From positions 1 to 52,439 of IMG/VR virus record IMGVR_UViG_3300031772_000049: a stretch of DNA of 52,439 nt. One strand, given 5' to 3'. Positions 9,173 through 18,557 of the stretch are shown here, piece after piece (the stretch's first letter is position 1; the number at the start of each line of letters is the position of its first letter). A model generated the notes under the pieces. It was not told where the DNA came from and did no database searches. It was given only the letters and a program-made list of their open reading frames with translations. The translations under genes were made by a program, and so were the position numbers. The stretch comes from a virus. Its lineage: Duplodnaviria; Caudoviricetes.

Positions 9173-10453
9173 ATGTTTATATTTTCAAAACTATTTAAAA
9201 GACAAAAAGCCATTGGGACATCGGCGTTGATACTGCAAGGCCGCACCACTACGTCATGGCCAGAGCGCAATTATGAGAATTATGTCAAGGAATCATATCT
9301 TAAAAATATAATATCATTTCGATGTGTAGACATTATCGCCAAGTCTTGCGCATCTGTTCCATGGGTTGCGTATTTTGAAAATACATTGGGCGAGCGTCAA
9401 GAGGTTGCGGACGACGTGATTACACGTCTGTTAAAACGTCCAAACCCAGGGCAATCTTGGCTATCGTTGGTATACTCAATTATTTCTTATTTGCCAATAT
9501 CAGGTAATTCTTTCATCCTGGGCGTTGCAGCATTGTCAGGTAGTAATGTGGGCAGGGTCATGGAGCTTTATTCCCTGCGACCTGATACTATTACTATCCA
9601 GCGTAATCAGTCGGGCGACGTGGTAGAATATGAGCACCGCAGCGGGACAGACACAAAAGTATATCCAGTTGACCCGATTACCGGGCGTTGTCAGATTAAA
9701 CATATCAAACTTTTTAATCCTCTCGATGCGACATGGGGAACGTCCGTCACCGAACCCGCAGCGCGTGACATTGACCTGTCGAACAGTCAAGCGGACTGGA
9801 ATAAGGGGCTACTAGATAATCAAGCACGACCGGGGATGGTGCTATCAACCAAGGATAATTTATCCGATCAACAATTCGACCGATTGCGTAAACAATGTTA
9901 CGAGGAACGCGAAGGGGCGATGAACGCAGGCAAGACCTTAATCCTTGAGGGCGCGACCATTGCCAATTCATATGGGTACAACCCCATAGAGATGGATTTT
10001 ACTGAGGGCCAGCGCGAGACCGCACGCCGTATTTGTAGTGCGTACGGGGTGCCGCCTCAAATGATTGGTATCAAGGGTGATTCGACGTTCGCGAACTATG
10101 AGCAGGCCCGATTGTCTTTCTGGGAAGATACGGTCATTTTTTATCTTGAACTATTACAGCAAGAATTGAACCACTGGTTATTTAAAGATTCTGAAATATA
10201 TCTTGAGTATGATCTCAATGAGGTTCCCGTTTTTATTGAAAAGAAAATTGCGCGTCTTGAGAAAATTGATAAGATGTCTTTTTATACCACCAACGAAAAA
10301 CGCGAAGCCGCGAACCTTGAACCTGTCGAGGGTGGTGATTCTGTTTTGATATCGTCAACCCTTATACCTTTAAATTCCGATACTATGCTTGAAGATACGA
10401 GTGTTGAAAATGAAGAGGGTGAAAGTATAATTGATGCCATCGAGTTTGAATAA
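9173..10453 (+). CDS. HK97-family portal protein
   Basis: CVDIIAKS, LLKRPNP, GNSF, ICSAYGVPP.MIG, TTNEKR motifs. Confidence 0.95.
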   Translation: MFIFSKLFKRQKAIGTSALILQGRTTTSWPERNYENYVKESYLKNIISFRCVDIIAKSCASVPWVAYFENTLGERQEVADDVITRLLKRPNPGQSWLSLVYSIISYLPISGNSFILGVAALSGSNVGRVMELYSLRPDTITIQRNQSGDVVEYEHRSGTDTKVYPVDPITGRCQIKHIKLFNPLDATWGTSVTEPAARDIDLSNSQADWNKGLLDNQARPGMVLSTKDNLSDQQFDRLRKQCYEEREGAMNAGKTLILEGATIANSYGYNPIEMDFTEGQRETARRICSAYGVPPQMIGIKGDSTFANYEQARLSFWEDTVIFYLELLQQELNHWLFKDSEIYLEYDLNEVPVFIEKKIARLEKIDKMSFYTTNEKREAANLEPVEGGDSVLISSTLIPLNSDTMLEDTSVENEEGESIIDAIEFE

Positions 10454-10488
10454 AAATTATGAACGATACGGTTAAGAATTATATTTTG

Positions 10489-10577
10489 CAGCCGTTCTCA
10501 CGGCTGAAGGGTGAGGGTAGCGATTTACTGCTAAGCCACTCACCAGACCTCATGTCGATAGGCGAATAGGATGAGAG
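10489..10577 (+). ncRNA. Dispersed tracr/omega-RNA-like scaffold fused to CRISPR-repeat 3' end (copy B)
   Basis: 54/60 ungapped identity to 48375-48316 (minus strand); CAGCCG-TTCTCA-CGGCTG hairpin; ends GATGAGAG, identical to the repeat 3' end. Confidence 0.85.
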
Positions 10578-10581
10578 GAAG

Positions 10582-11430
10582 ATGATTAACCTTGTAACAA
10601 ATCAGGCCCGGCAACAAGAGCGTGCGGCGATCGACCGTCAAATGAAAATCATTGAACGCCAGACGGTGCGCAAGGTTGCCCTTGAATTACAACGTCAATA
10701 CCTGGCGGCTGCGCGTCAAGTTGAGCATGGGGAACTTGAAATATTTCACCCGGTTAATGACGGCATTGAAAATTTGCGCTCCATCCTAATGGAATTATAC
10801 AAGCGGGTCATTAGTGTGTTCGGGTCGCGGGTGTTTGAAGCCCTTGAAAAGTCGGCTATGGTATATAGCCACAAGGCTATTCAAGATGAGTTTCAAACGA
10901 TTATTGACAGATGGATTGTTGTTCATGCGGCTGAAGAGGTCGTGCTAATAACCGCGACCACAAAAAAGATTTTAAAGGCAATTATAAAAAAAGGCCTCGA
11001 TGACCATAAATCGTACCGGGATATAGCAAAGTCTATTAGCAAGCACGTGACTCCCTTGAATACTTCCAGCGTGATGAAACGTGCATGGCGCATCACCAGG
11101 ACAGAGTGCCATACGGTTGCAATCAAGAGCATGAATGAAGCGATGGAGACGACCAGGTTAAAATATATGCGACAATGGGTGTCCGCGAAAGACGAGCGCA
11201 CGCGCGGGAACGTGAAGCGTGGTAAGAAGAAAAAAAGTAAGTTTGATCACTTCCATAGATACCCTCGTGGCGCGGACATGGAGACGATCGAGAAAGATGG
11301 TATATATGTAGGGTCTGGCGAGCCCTTGAAATTTCCGGGTGATCCTGATGGAAGCGCGGGAAATATTATAAATTGTCGATGTGTTGAAGTGTTTGAGACT
11401 AGAAAAGCGGTGATACGGAGGACTGTATGA
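10582..11430 (+). CDS. Head morphogenesis protein (Mu gpF/SPP1 gp7 family)
   Basis: RITRTE, W....DERTR, FPGDP and INCRC motifs. Confidence 0.9.
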   Translation: MINLVTNQARQQERAAIDRQMKIIERQTVRKVALELQRQYLAAARQVEHGELEIFHPVNDGIENLRSILMELYKRVISVFGSRVFEALEKSAMVYSHKAIQDEFQTIIDRWIVVHAAEEVVLITATTKKILKAIIKKGLDDHKSYRDIAKSISKHVTPLNTSSVMKRAWRITRTECHTVAIKSMNEAMETTRLKYMRQWVSAKDERTRGNVKRGKKKKSKFDHFHRYPRGADMETIEKDGIYVGSGEPLKFPGDPDGSAGNIINCRCVEVFETRKAVIRRTV

Positions 11431-12164
11431 TTAACGAGATTGAAAATGTAGTCGGGCCCAATATGAAAATGCTTGAAATACCATTTAAAATGTCAGCGAT
11501 ACATGAGGATGGAAAAATTGAGGGCTATGGGTCAACGTTCGGAGGGGCGCCGGATAGTTATGGTGACATAGTAGTTGCAGGGGCGTTCCTTGATACTATC
11601 AATCGCGGCGGTCGCAACGGCTCAGGGGTCATCCCCATGCTATGGCAGCATGATGCCAAAGAACCGATCGGGTATTGGGACATGGTTACTGAAAATAATA
11701 AAGGATTAAAACTATCCGGGAACTTGGTGCTCGAAGTACAGAAAGCAAAAGAAGCACACGCACTCGCGAAGAAAAAAGTCATCACGGGTCTATCAATCGG
11801 ATGGGATTTTTTACGTGGGCCTGATGGTAAGGTTGATAAAGAGTCTGTCGAATTTGACGAGAAAAAGAATATACGCTATTTAAAGAAAATTGATCTCTGG
11901 GAAATTAGTCTGGTTACATTTCCGGCTAATACCCGAGCAACTATCACAGGAACGAAATGTTTAGAAACCGCTACAAATGAACGCGATTTTGAGCGGGCCC
12001 TGCGAGATGCGGGATTATCTAAACACCAGGCACTCTATGTATCGTCGCTTTGCAGTTATAAATTTGAGGCGACCCGACAAGAGATGAAGGCAGCCAATCA
12101 ATTATTGGTTGCCCTACAATATGCCAATGCGAGATGCGAAGAGGCTAAAAATATTACTGAATAA
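11427..12164 (+). CDS. HK97-family prohead protease
   Basis: IEGYGSTF, MLWQHD..PIG, GLSIG, EISLVTFPAN. Confidence 0.95.
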   Translation: MINEIENVVGPNMKMLEIPFKMSAIHEDGKIEGYGSTFGGAPDSYGDIVVAGAFLDTINRGGRNGSGVIPMLWQHDAKEPIGYWDMVTENNKGLKLSGNLVLEVQKAKEAHALAKKKVITGLSIGWDFLRGPDGKVDKESVEFDEKKNIRYLKKIDLWEISLVTFPANTRATITGTKCLETATNERDFERALRDAGLSKHQALYVSSLCSYKFEATRQEMKAANQLLVALQYANARCEEAKNITE

Positions 12165-12194
12165 AATGTTTTAATTATAATTAAGGAGACTATT

Positions 12195-13577
12195 ATGGCA
12201 GAATTTAATGAAATTATCCAGGGAGTATCCGATCAAGTTCGCAGTCTTGGCGATACCGTATCTGGAATGAAAAAAAATTATGATACCATGCGTAATGAAT
12301 ACGAGGATTTAAAAAAACTCGTTGGTAGCAATACCGATGACGTGGTAGTAAAAGAGCGGATGGAAAAGTTTTCTTTGGCCATCGCACTTCGTCAAGATGA
12401 AATGGATAAAAAAACGGCAGAGATGCAGAAAGGCATCAATGATCGTATTGATCAAATTGAAGTTGCTTTCAATCGTCCCCGTCAAGGGCAGGCAGAAAAT
12501 AAATCTGCTGATTATGAGCAGGCGAAACAATTTCTTACTACCGTCGCAGCCGTAAACTCAAACGAAGAAAAGGGTCTTACGTATGAAAAAGCCCGTCAGA
12601 TAGAAGTTAACGTGGACGAGTATAAAAAGTATTGCTCAGTATTCGAAGGTTATATTCGTAAACACGGTGGAAGCCGTGAGGCATTACTTGCACCCGAAGA
12701 AATTAAAACTCTTCTTGCTGGCGTTGACCCTGACGGTGGATACACAGTACCCACTCAAATGTCGAATATGATCATTACCAAGCTTTTTGAATCTGATCCT
12801 ATGAGACAACTTGCAACCGTGGAAACAATTTCTACAAACGCAATCGAATGGTTAGTGGATGCTGACGAAGCTGGCGCAACTTGGGAAGCCGAGACTGTGG
12901 CATCGTCTAATTACACTACCCCACAATTCAATAAAAAACGGATTGCCGTACACATGATGGGCACACGCCCACGCGCAAGCCAGGTCTTGCTTGAAGACAG
13001 CGGTCTAAATATCGAATCATGGCTGTCAAATAAAGTGGCTGACAAGTTCTTACGAACTGAGCAAGCCGCATTTGTTGATGGTGATGGTATTGGAAAACCT
13101 CGCGGGATACTTTCTTATGCTGACGGGTCGACATGGGGAACCATTGAGCAAGTGCATATGGGTCATGCAAGTGCATTAACCGCAGATGGTTTTATTAAAA
13201 TCAAATATGCGCTTATTGAGCAGTATTTACAGCGCGGTACTTGGCTAATGAATCGCGGAACCGTATCTAAGGCTATTCAGCTTAAAGACGGCACAGGAAA
13301 CTATCTATGGCAGCCAGGTCTTGCAGCCGGTCAACCTTCTATGATACTGGGTCTTCCGGTACGTATGTCAACCACTATGCCTGCGGTTAGCGCAAGCACA
13401 CTTTCTGTGGCTCTGGCAGACTGGAAAGAAGCTTATATGATCGTTGACCGTATCGGTATAACGGTACAGCGCGATCCTTACACCGCCAAGCCCCTTGTAG
13501 AATTCTACTTCAGAAAAAGGGTAGGCGGAGATGTCACGAATTTTACTGCAATTAAGATCGGCACGATTGAAGCATAA
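12195..13577 (+). CDS. Major capsid protein, HK97 fold
   Basis: Coiled-coil delta domain, DGGYTVP, GDG.GKPRGIL, LKD..GNYLWQ, RVGG. Confidence 0.95.
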   Translation: MAEFNEIIQGVSDQVRSLGDTVSGMKKNYDTMRNEYEDLKKLVGSNTDDVVVKERMEKFSLAIALRQDEMDKKTAEMQKGINDRIDQIEVAFNRPRQGQAENKSADYEQAKQFLTTVAAVNSNEEKGLTYEKARQIEVNVDEYKKYCSVFEGYIRKHGGSREALLAPEEIKTLLAGVDPDGGYTVPTQMSNMIITKLFESDPMRQLATVETISTNAIEWLVDADEAGATWEAETVASSNYTTPQFNKKRIAVHMMGTRPRASQVLLEDSGLNIESWLSNKVADKFLRTEQAAFVDGDGIGKPRGILSYADGSTWGTIEQVHMGHASALTADGFIKIKYALIEQYLQRGTWLMNRGTVSKAIQLKDGTGNYLWQPGLAAGQPSMILGLPVRMSTTMPAVSASTLSVALADWKEAYMIVDRIGITVQRDPYTAKPLVEFYFRKRVGGDVTNFTAIKIGTIEA

Positions 13578-13601
13578 GGTTAAATTAAAAGGAGAATAAT
13601 C

Positions 13602-14078
13602 ATGATACAAGATATTTATACTGGTTTTAAGTTTTATCAAGCACTCGCACCTCAAGACGTCGCATCAGGTGGTGCCTCGACTGATGGTGCAACCGTGGAC
13701 ACTCAAGGTTATGGCGCGGCAACGATTGTTGTCAATGTCGGCGCACATACCGGTGGTGCTTTTTCTTCAGTGGACAATCGTTTCCAGCTTATGCTCGAAC
13801 ATTATAATAGTACTGCGGCCGCATGGTCTGAGTGCTATGCCTCACAAATGATTCATAGCGTGGTCGGAATGGACGGCGCATACTCCACACTCAATAGCGG
13901 AATTTTTCAATCCGTTTCATCGGCTGGAATTAACCAAGCGTATGCGGTTGGATATCGTGGGCCACATCGCTTAATCAGGGTTCGGATATCAGAGGTGGGC
14001 GGACCTTCAACCATGTCAATGGGAGCGATTGCAATCCTCGGGTTGCCAGCTAATTGGCCTGTAAACGAGCCTGTTTAA
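13602..14078 (+). CDS. Putative capsid decoration/cement protein
   Basis: Follows the capsid gene; G..VDTQGY...VGYRG..R.IRV pattern. Confidence 0.6.
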   Translation: MIQDIYTGFKFYQALAPQDVASGGASTDGATVDTQGYGAATIVVNVGAHTGGAFSSVDNRFQLMLEHYNSTAAAWSECYASQMIHSVVGMDGAYSTLNSGIFQSVSSAGINQAYAVGYRGPHRLIRVRISEVGGPSTMSMGAIAILGLPANWPVNEPV

Positions 14079-14087
14079 GATTTAATC

Positions 14088-14110
14088 AGGCGGGGAGCAA
14101 TCCCCGCCTT
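14088..14110 (+). terminator. GC-rich hairpin after the capsid genes (weak terminator or mRNA stabiliser)
   Basis: AGGCGGGGA-GCAA-TCCCCGCCT with only a short U tail. Confidence 0.6.
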
Positions 14111-14127
14111 ATCATACGGAGGGAATA

Positions 14128-14718
14128 ATGGCAGACTTAACATATATCAATGAATCCGTTTACCTGAAGCAAGGCGGCGCAGAGCTTGTCATTGCAAATG
14201 GCGGAAAAATTACAATCGAGTCCGGTGGGATATTTAATCTTGAATCGGGCTTTTCATTTTATCTTGGTAGCTCTTCTTATTCAGTGGGAGTTACCGATTT
14301 AAAAAATACTCTGTACGGTCAAAATAATGTAATCACCTACACCGCTGCATCGGTATCGGTAGCCAACGGTGTTCTAGTACCTTCAGTTATTTACAATAAG
14401 GCAAAGTTTCATGTTATCACACCGGGGTCTAATGCGGTTGCTCCGACACTTTGGTTGGCATCTGCACCCAGCGTTGGTATGGAATTGATTATACTTTGTA
14501 ATCAATCAGTATCTTCAACTACAAATCTTGGTCAATCAACCGCGATTGCTATTTCATGTGATGCGGGCGCGATTATGCCGATGTCCACAATCGTTACAAC
14601 CTCCAGGATGTTTATTCACGCATCCTCAAACTCGGCTGGCCGTGTACATCTGGTTTGTGCGACTGCGGGAGTGTGGTCAGTGGTTTCAGAAAGTTCAGCA
14701 ACAGCGGTTACGTTTTAA
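14128..14718 (+). CDS. Putative head fibre/decoration protein, paralogue 1
   Basis: Shares LWLASAPSVGME and STTNLGQSTAI.ISCDAG with the next gene. Confidence 0.55.
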   Translation: MADLTYINESVYLKQGGAELVIANGGKITIESGGIFNLESGFSFYLGSSSYSVGVTDLKNTLYGQNNVITYTAASVSVANGVLVPSVIYNKAKFHVITPGSNAVAPTLWLASAPSVGMELIILCNQSVSSTTNLGQSTAIAISCDAGAIMPMSTIVTTSRMFIHASSNSAGRVHLVCATAGVWSVVSESSATAVTF

Positions 14719-14731
14719 CTAGGAGATTATT

Positions 14732-15661
14732 ATGGCAGATAGCACATCAGTAAACCAAAGTATATATCATCGTCAAGAAGGCGACGTAATGGTTGTCGCT
14801 TCAGGCGGTGAGATAGTAGTTGAATCCGGTGGGGCTTTGACCATAGAGTCCGGTGCGAATTTCGTTGTTGAAAACGGTTCGGACATTCACATCGAATCGG
14901 GCGGGGATTTACAAGTTGAATCCGGCGGTGACATTGTAGTTGAAACTGGGGCAAATTTAGTAATTCAGAATGGCGGTGATATCGAGGTCGAATCTGGCGG
15001 TGATATCAATGTCGCGTCCGGTGGGAATGTAAATATTGCGTCAGGTGCCGATATCGAGATTGAAAATGGTGGCGAGGTTGCGGTCGCCAACGGTGGTGAA
15101 ATTAACGTGGCCTCGGGCGGGGAAGTTAATATCGCGTCAGGCGCGTACATCGTGGGCAAGTCTGGCGGAATATTCCAGGTTGACAGTGGATTTTTATTTT
15201 ATCTTGGGTCATCTGGAAAGCAGGCGGTACTACAGGATTTAATAAACTCACTTTACAACCAGAATAAAGCGATTACTTATAGTGCGGCATCGGTGTCAGT
15301 GGTTGCAGGTACTCTTGTACCCTCAAGGATTTTCAACACCGCAAAATTTCACCTAATCACCACGGGTAGCAACGGTGCGACCGCGTCTTTATGGTTGGCA
15401 TCGGCACCGTCTGTGGGTATGGAGATGATCATCGGTTGTAATCAATCGACGTCATCAACTACCAACTTGGGGCAGTCAACCGCAATTACAATATCATGTG
15501 ATGCGGGGACGATTATGACGATGTCCGGGAACGCGTCAACGTCAAGGATGATAATTTATACATCGGCGGCGAGCGCAGGACGTGTGCATCTGGCATGTCT
15601 TAAAGACGGTGAATGGTCGGTCATTTCGGTAAGTTCGGCAACGTCCGTGACTTTTCCATAA
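14732..15661 (+). CDS. Putative head fibre/decoration protein, paralogue 2, with expanded 8-aa beta-solenoid repeats
   Basis: Tandem (V/I)(E/A)(S/N)GG(D/E)I repeats followed by the paralogous C-terminal domain. Confidence 0.55.
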   Translation: MADSTSVNQSIYHRQEGDVMVVASGGEIVVESGGALTIESGANFVVENGSDIHIESGGDLQVESGGDIVVETGANLVIQNGGDIEVESGGDINVASGGNVNIASGADIEIENGGEVAVANGGEINVASGGEVNIASGAYIVGKSGGIFQVDSGFLFYLGSSGKQAVLQDLINSLYNQNKAITYSAASVSVVAGTLVPSRIFNTAKFHLITTGSNGATASLWLASAPSVGMEMIIGCNQSTSSTTNLGQSTAITISCDAGTIMTMSGNASTSRMIIYTSAASAGRVHLACLKDGEWSVISVSSATSVTFP

Positions 15662-15671
15662 GGATAAATGT

Positions 15672-15899
15672 ATGAAGATTAAAGTTTTAAAAACACATCA
15701 AGCATCACCGAATGGTACACTTATCAATAACTATGAAGAGGGCAAGGTTTATGATATGCCTGAGAAGCTTGCAGGAATATTCATAACTCAAAAGTGGGGC
15801 ATTGAATTTTCGGACGTGAAAAAGGTTGAAGAAAAATCAATCGATACTGCGCCTGTAAATAAAATGTCTCAAGTGCCATCGGTGAAAAAGGTTAAGTAA
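15672..15899 (+). CDS. Small head-completion-region protein
   Basis: RBS and position; Lys-rich tail. Confidence 0.5.
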   Translation: MKIKVLKTHQASPNGTLINNYEEGKVYDMPEKLAGIFITQKWGIEFSDVKKVEEKSIDTAPVNKMSQVPSVKKVK

Positions 15900-16496
15900 A
15901 TGATTATCAATAGGGCATTACCACGCGACGGAAATAGAAGTTTTTCAATAACAACTGCACCGTCAATCGAACCCATCACCCTGACGGAATTAAAAGATTT
16001 CGGACGGATTGATGGGTCGGATGAGGATACCTTATTGACGGGTTTTATTGTGGCGGCGCGGCAGGCATGTGAAAACTATCTCGGCCGAGCCCTGATCGAG
16101 CAAACGATCTCAATGCGGATGGATTTTTGGCCAGACGGTCTAATCGAATTGCCGCGACCGCCATTACTATTGATTACCACCGTAAAAACAGTGGATGACA
16201 GTAATACCGAAACGGTATACGCATCGACAAATTATTATGTCATGACCACCGGGCTCATGGGGACCATAGCGATTAGAGATGACGCGACACCCCCATACAA
16301 TTATGACCGTCAATATGGTGGATTTTTGGTTACATATCAGGCGGGGTATGGATCGACAGCGGCAAGCGTTCCACAGGCGATACGAGACGGTGTAAAATTA
16401 TGGGCTATGGACATTTATGAGAATAGAGTGGTACGGGATGAGCCGCCACCCGAGGCGATATCGTTATTAAAAAATTATCGTATCAGGAATTTTTAA
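15900..16496 (+). CDS. Head-tail connector (gp6-like)
   Basis: EPITLTELK..RID...ED.LL...I.AAR..CE.YLGRALI, YQAGYG, VP.AI. Confidence 0.9.
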   Translation: MIINRALPRDGNRSFSITTAPSIEPITLTELKDFGRIDGSDEDTLLTGFIVAARQACENYLGRALIEQTISMRMDFWPDGLIELPRPPLLLITTVKTVDDSNTETVYASTNYYVMTTGLMGTIAIRDDATPPYNYDRQYGGFLVTYQAGYGSTAASVPQAIRDGVKLWAMDIYENRVVRDEPPPEAISLLKNYRIRNF

Positions 16497-16703
16497 ATGA
16501 CGTGTAGAAATTGCGGACATTCAAGCGTGGTAAAATGTGTATGTGGATTTGACCTTTATGATAATGGATTAAGAGGCCATATTCACGATCACCAATCCAC
16601 GGTTACGTGTCCAAAGTGCAATAAATCTTTTTACATAACAAGTATTCTGTTTTGCCTGGAACGTGATTTCGAATTGACCCAGGATTTTGTAAGGAATTGT
16701 TAA
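16497..16703 (+). CDS. Small zinc-finger protein
   Basis: CxxC, CxC and CxxC motifs. Confidence 0.4.
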   Translation: MTCRNCGHSSVVKCVCGFDLYDNGLRGHIHDHQSTVTCPKCNKSFYITSILFCLERDFELTQDFVRNC

Positions 16704-17158
16704 TGGGATTTTTAATACCAAAAATAAGACAGCGCGTACAAATACAAATCCCGGTACAAACCCCGAACTCTTTCGGCGGTGCTGATCAAACGTATGAAAC
16801 GCAGACAACCGTATGGGCGGAGATTAAACCCGTGTCTCAATATATCCAGGCGATACGCGGGGCGCAGGTTATGGAGACTGGCGGGCGTGTGCGCCAGGCA
16901 ACACACCAATTTTTAATGCGTACATGCGGGATACAATCATTAGGGCGTCAGTTTAGTCTTGCTTTTGATTCAGGTTACGACGGCATGGCTGACATAAATC
17001 TTTTAAAATCAGATTGGTATTTGTTTATGCAATCGGGGTCAACCGTCAAGGGTACCAGGTATCGTATTAAAGGCATCGACGTGGATTATGAAGCGAGTGA
17101 ATATTTAAAGGTATACGCGGAGCAGATAGAAGAATCGGGTACGGGGTATCAGGCATGA
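16703..17158 (+). CDS. Head closure/head-tail adaptor
   Basis: RQRVQIQ...GG......TVWAEI.P, THQF. Confidence 0.8.
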   Translation: MGFLIPKIRQRVQIQIPVQTPNSFGGADQTYETQTTVWAEIKPVSQYIQAIRGAQVMETGGRVRQATHQFLMRTCGIQSLGRQFSLAFDSGYDGMADINLLKSDWYLFMQSGSTVKGTRYRIKGIDVDYEASEYLKVYAEQIEESGTGYQA

Positions 17159-17631
17159 GACTGTTAATTGATACCAAGAGTATATCTAAAAAATTAAAAG
17201 GGTTGCAGGGCCATTTATATTCTTTTCATTTATTCGGAGAACTGACAGACCTTTTTGATTTATTCGGCGCACGTATGCACAAATTTATTATTATGAGTAT
17301 GCGCCGTACTAAAAAGGCCTCTTGGTTTTATTGGAAAGGAAAGGGCCGCAGTAGAAAAAAGCATCACCCTTCATTACCCGGTGGATTTCCTGCGGTTTAT
17401 AAAGGCGAGCTATTAAAAAGTTTAAGATGGACGGTCGATTTTTCAAAATCAAATTTTAAATTTCAGTTCGGAACTGACGTTGATCACGGGGCGTTCTTAG
17501 AGTTGGGTACGCGGAATATGGAAAAGCGTCCATGGTTGAGGCCCACGAAGGAAAAGTTCGAAGATAAATTAGTAAAAGATATTAGAAAAAAAATAGAAAA
17601 TGATTTTAAAAAAGTTATGGGGAAAGCATAA
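17155..17631 (+). CDS. HK97 gp10-like neck protein
   Basis: S.PG..PA...G.L..S and LELGT.NM.KRPWLRP. Confidence 0.8.
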   Translation: MRLLIDTKSISKKLKGLQGHLYSFHLFGELTDLFDLFGARMHKFIIMSMRRTKKASWFYWKGKGRSRKKHHPSLPGGFPAVYKGELLKSLRWTVDFSKSNFKFQFGTDVDHGAFLELGTRNMEKRPWLRPTKEKFEDKLVKDIRKKIENDFKKVMGKA

Positions 17632-18326
17632 TGCAACTTGGCCGGATAGTTTTAAAACTTCGCGCAACCAATACATCATTGGGGTCAAATATTTTTGGTG
17701 CGGCTGAATTGAATTTAGCGGTATCAAATACCTTGACAGGTAAGTCCCCTGTTGCATTCGTGGTGCCTATCGAAGAGGAAGTACGGGACAATCAAACCGA
17801 ATCTGGCGTGAACCAATTATTGATGGAACGCTTTTCCGTTATTGTGGCACTACCCACAGACACTACACAAAAAGACAAGACTGGAATTATAGCTTATGAT
17901 GCTTTACATAATATGCGGGCTGAAATATTCAAGCCTTTAATCGGCTGGGACATGGGGTACGATGGATTGATTTTTTATCGGTCTGGGAAAATGCTCGGCA
18001 TTGACCGTGGTTGGCTATGGTACGATTTTGAGTTTGAATTACAGGCGCGAATTATCTCTAATCCTGATGGCTATGGGGAAGTACAATATACTCAGGTTGA
18101 TGACCGCCAACAGCCATCACAATTACCCACACTTGACCATGTGTATGCGCAATACATATTGAGCCCGAGTGTCAATTTGACTGATGTACTTAATGACCCG
18201 TCTTTAAGTTTACCAGTCAACTTGGTCACGCCGGACATGACACAGATGGTTGATCTAACAATTGATAACAAGGCAGGTGCGTTCGCGAAGGCATTCGCTC
18301 GCGCCATGAAAATCTTTATAGGATAA
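17631..18326 (+). CDS. Tail terminator/completion protein
   Basis: Position before DUF2635 and sheath; P.AFVVP, LIGW, LWY.FEF. Confidence 0.7.
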   Translation: MQLGRIVLKLRATNTSLGSNIFGAAELNLAVSNTLTGKSPVAFVVPIEEEVRDNQTESGVNQLLMERFSVIVALPTDTTQKDKTGIIAYDALHNMRAEIFKPLIGWDMGYDGLIFYRSGKMLGIDRGWLWYDFEFELQARIISNPDGYGEVQYTQVDDRQQPSQLPTLDHVYAQYILSPSVNLTDVLNDPSLSLPVNLVTPDMTQMVDLTIDNKAGAFAKAFARAMKIFIG

Positions 18327-18335
18327 GGTGGCGAT

Positions 18336-18557
18336 ATGGGAAAAGAGTACAAATTTGTGAAACCCCGCGAAGGCCTCACGGTACGCGACCCGGTCAACAA
18401 GGCTATTATACCCTCAGAGGGTTGTAATGTGCCGTGGATAGGGCCGGACGGTCGATATTGGAGACGGCGGGTTAATTGCGGTGATGTGATACTGATCGAG
18501 GTTGAAGAAAAACCCGTGGTATCATCTAATAACTTTATGAAATCAGGAGGACGATAA
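18336..18557 (+). CDS. DUF2635 (Mu gp38-like) protein
   Basis: VKP..G..VRDP...YWRRR...GDV. Confidence 0.85.
   Translation: MGKEYKFVKPREGLTVRDPVNKAIIPSEGCNVPWIGPDGRYWRRRVNCGDVILIEVEEKPVVSSNNFMKSGGR

Noticed and set aside
14082-14091. TTAATCAGGC shared with the spacer at 48167-48202
   Set aside because: Only about 10 bp with mismatching flanks; plausibly chance
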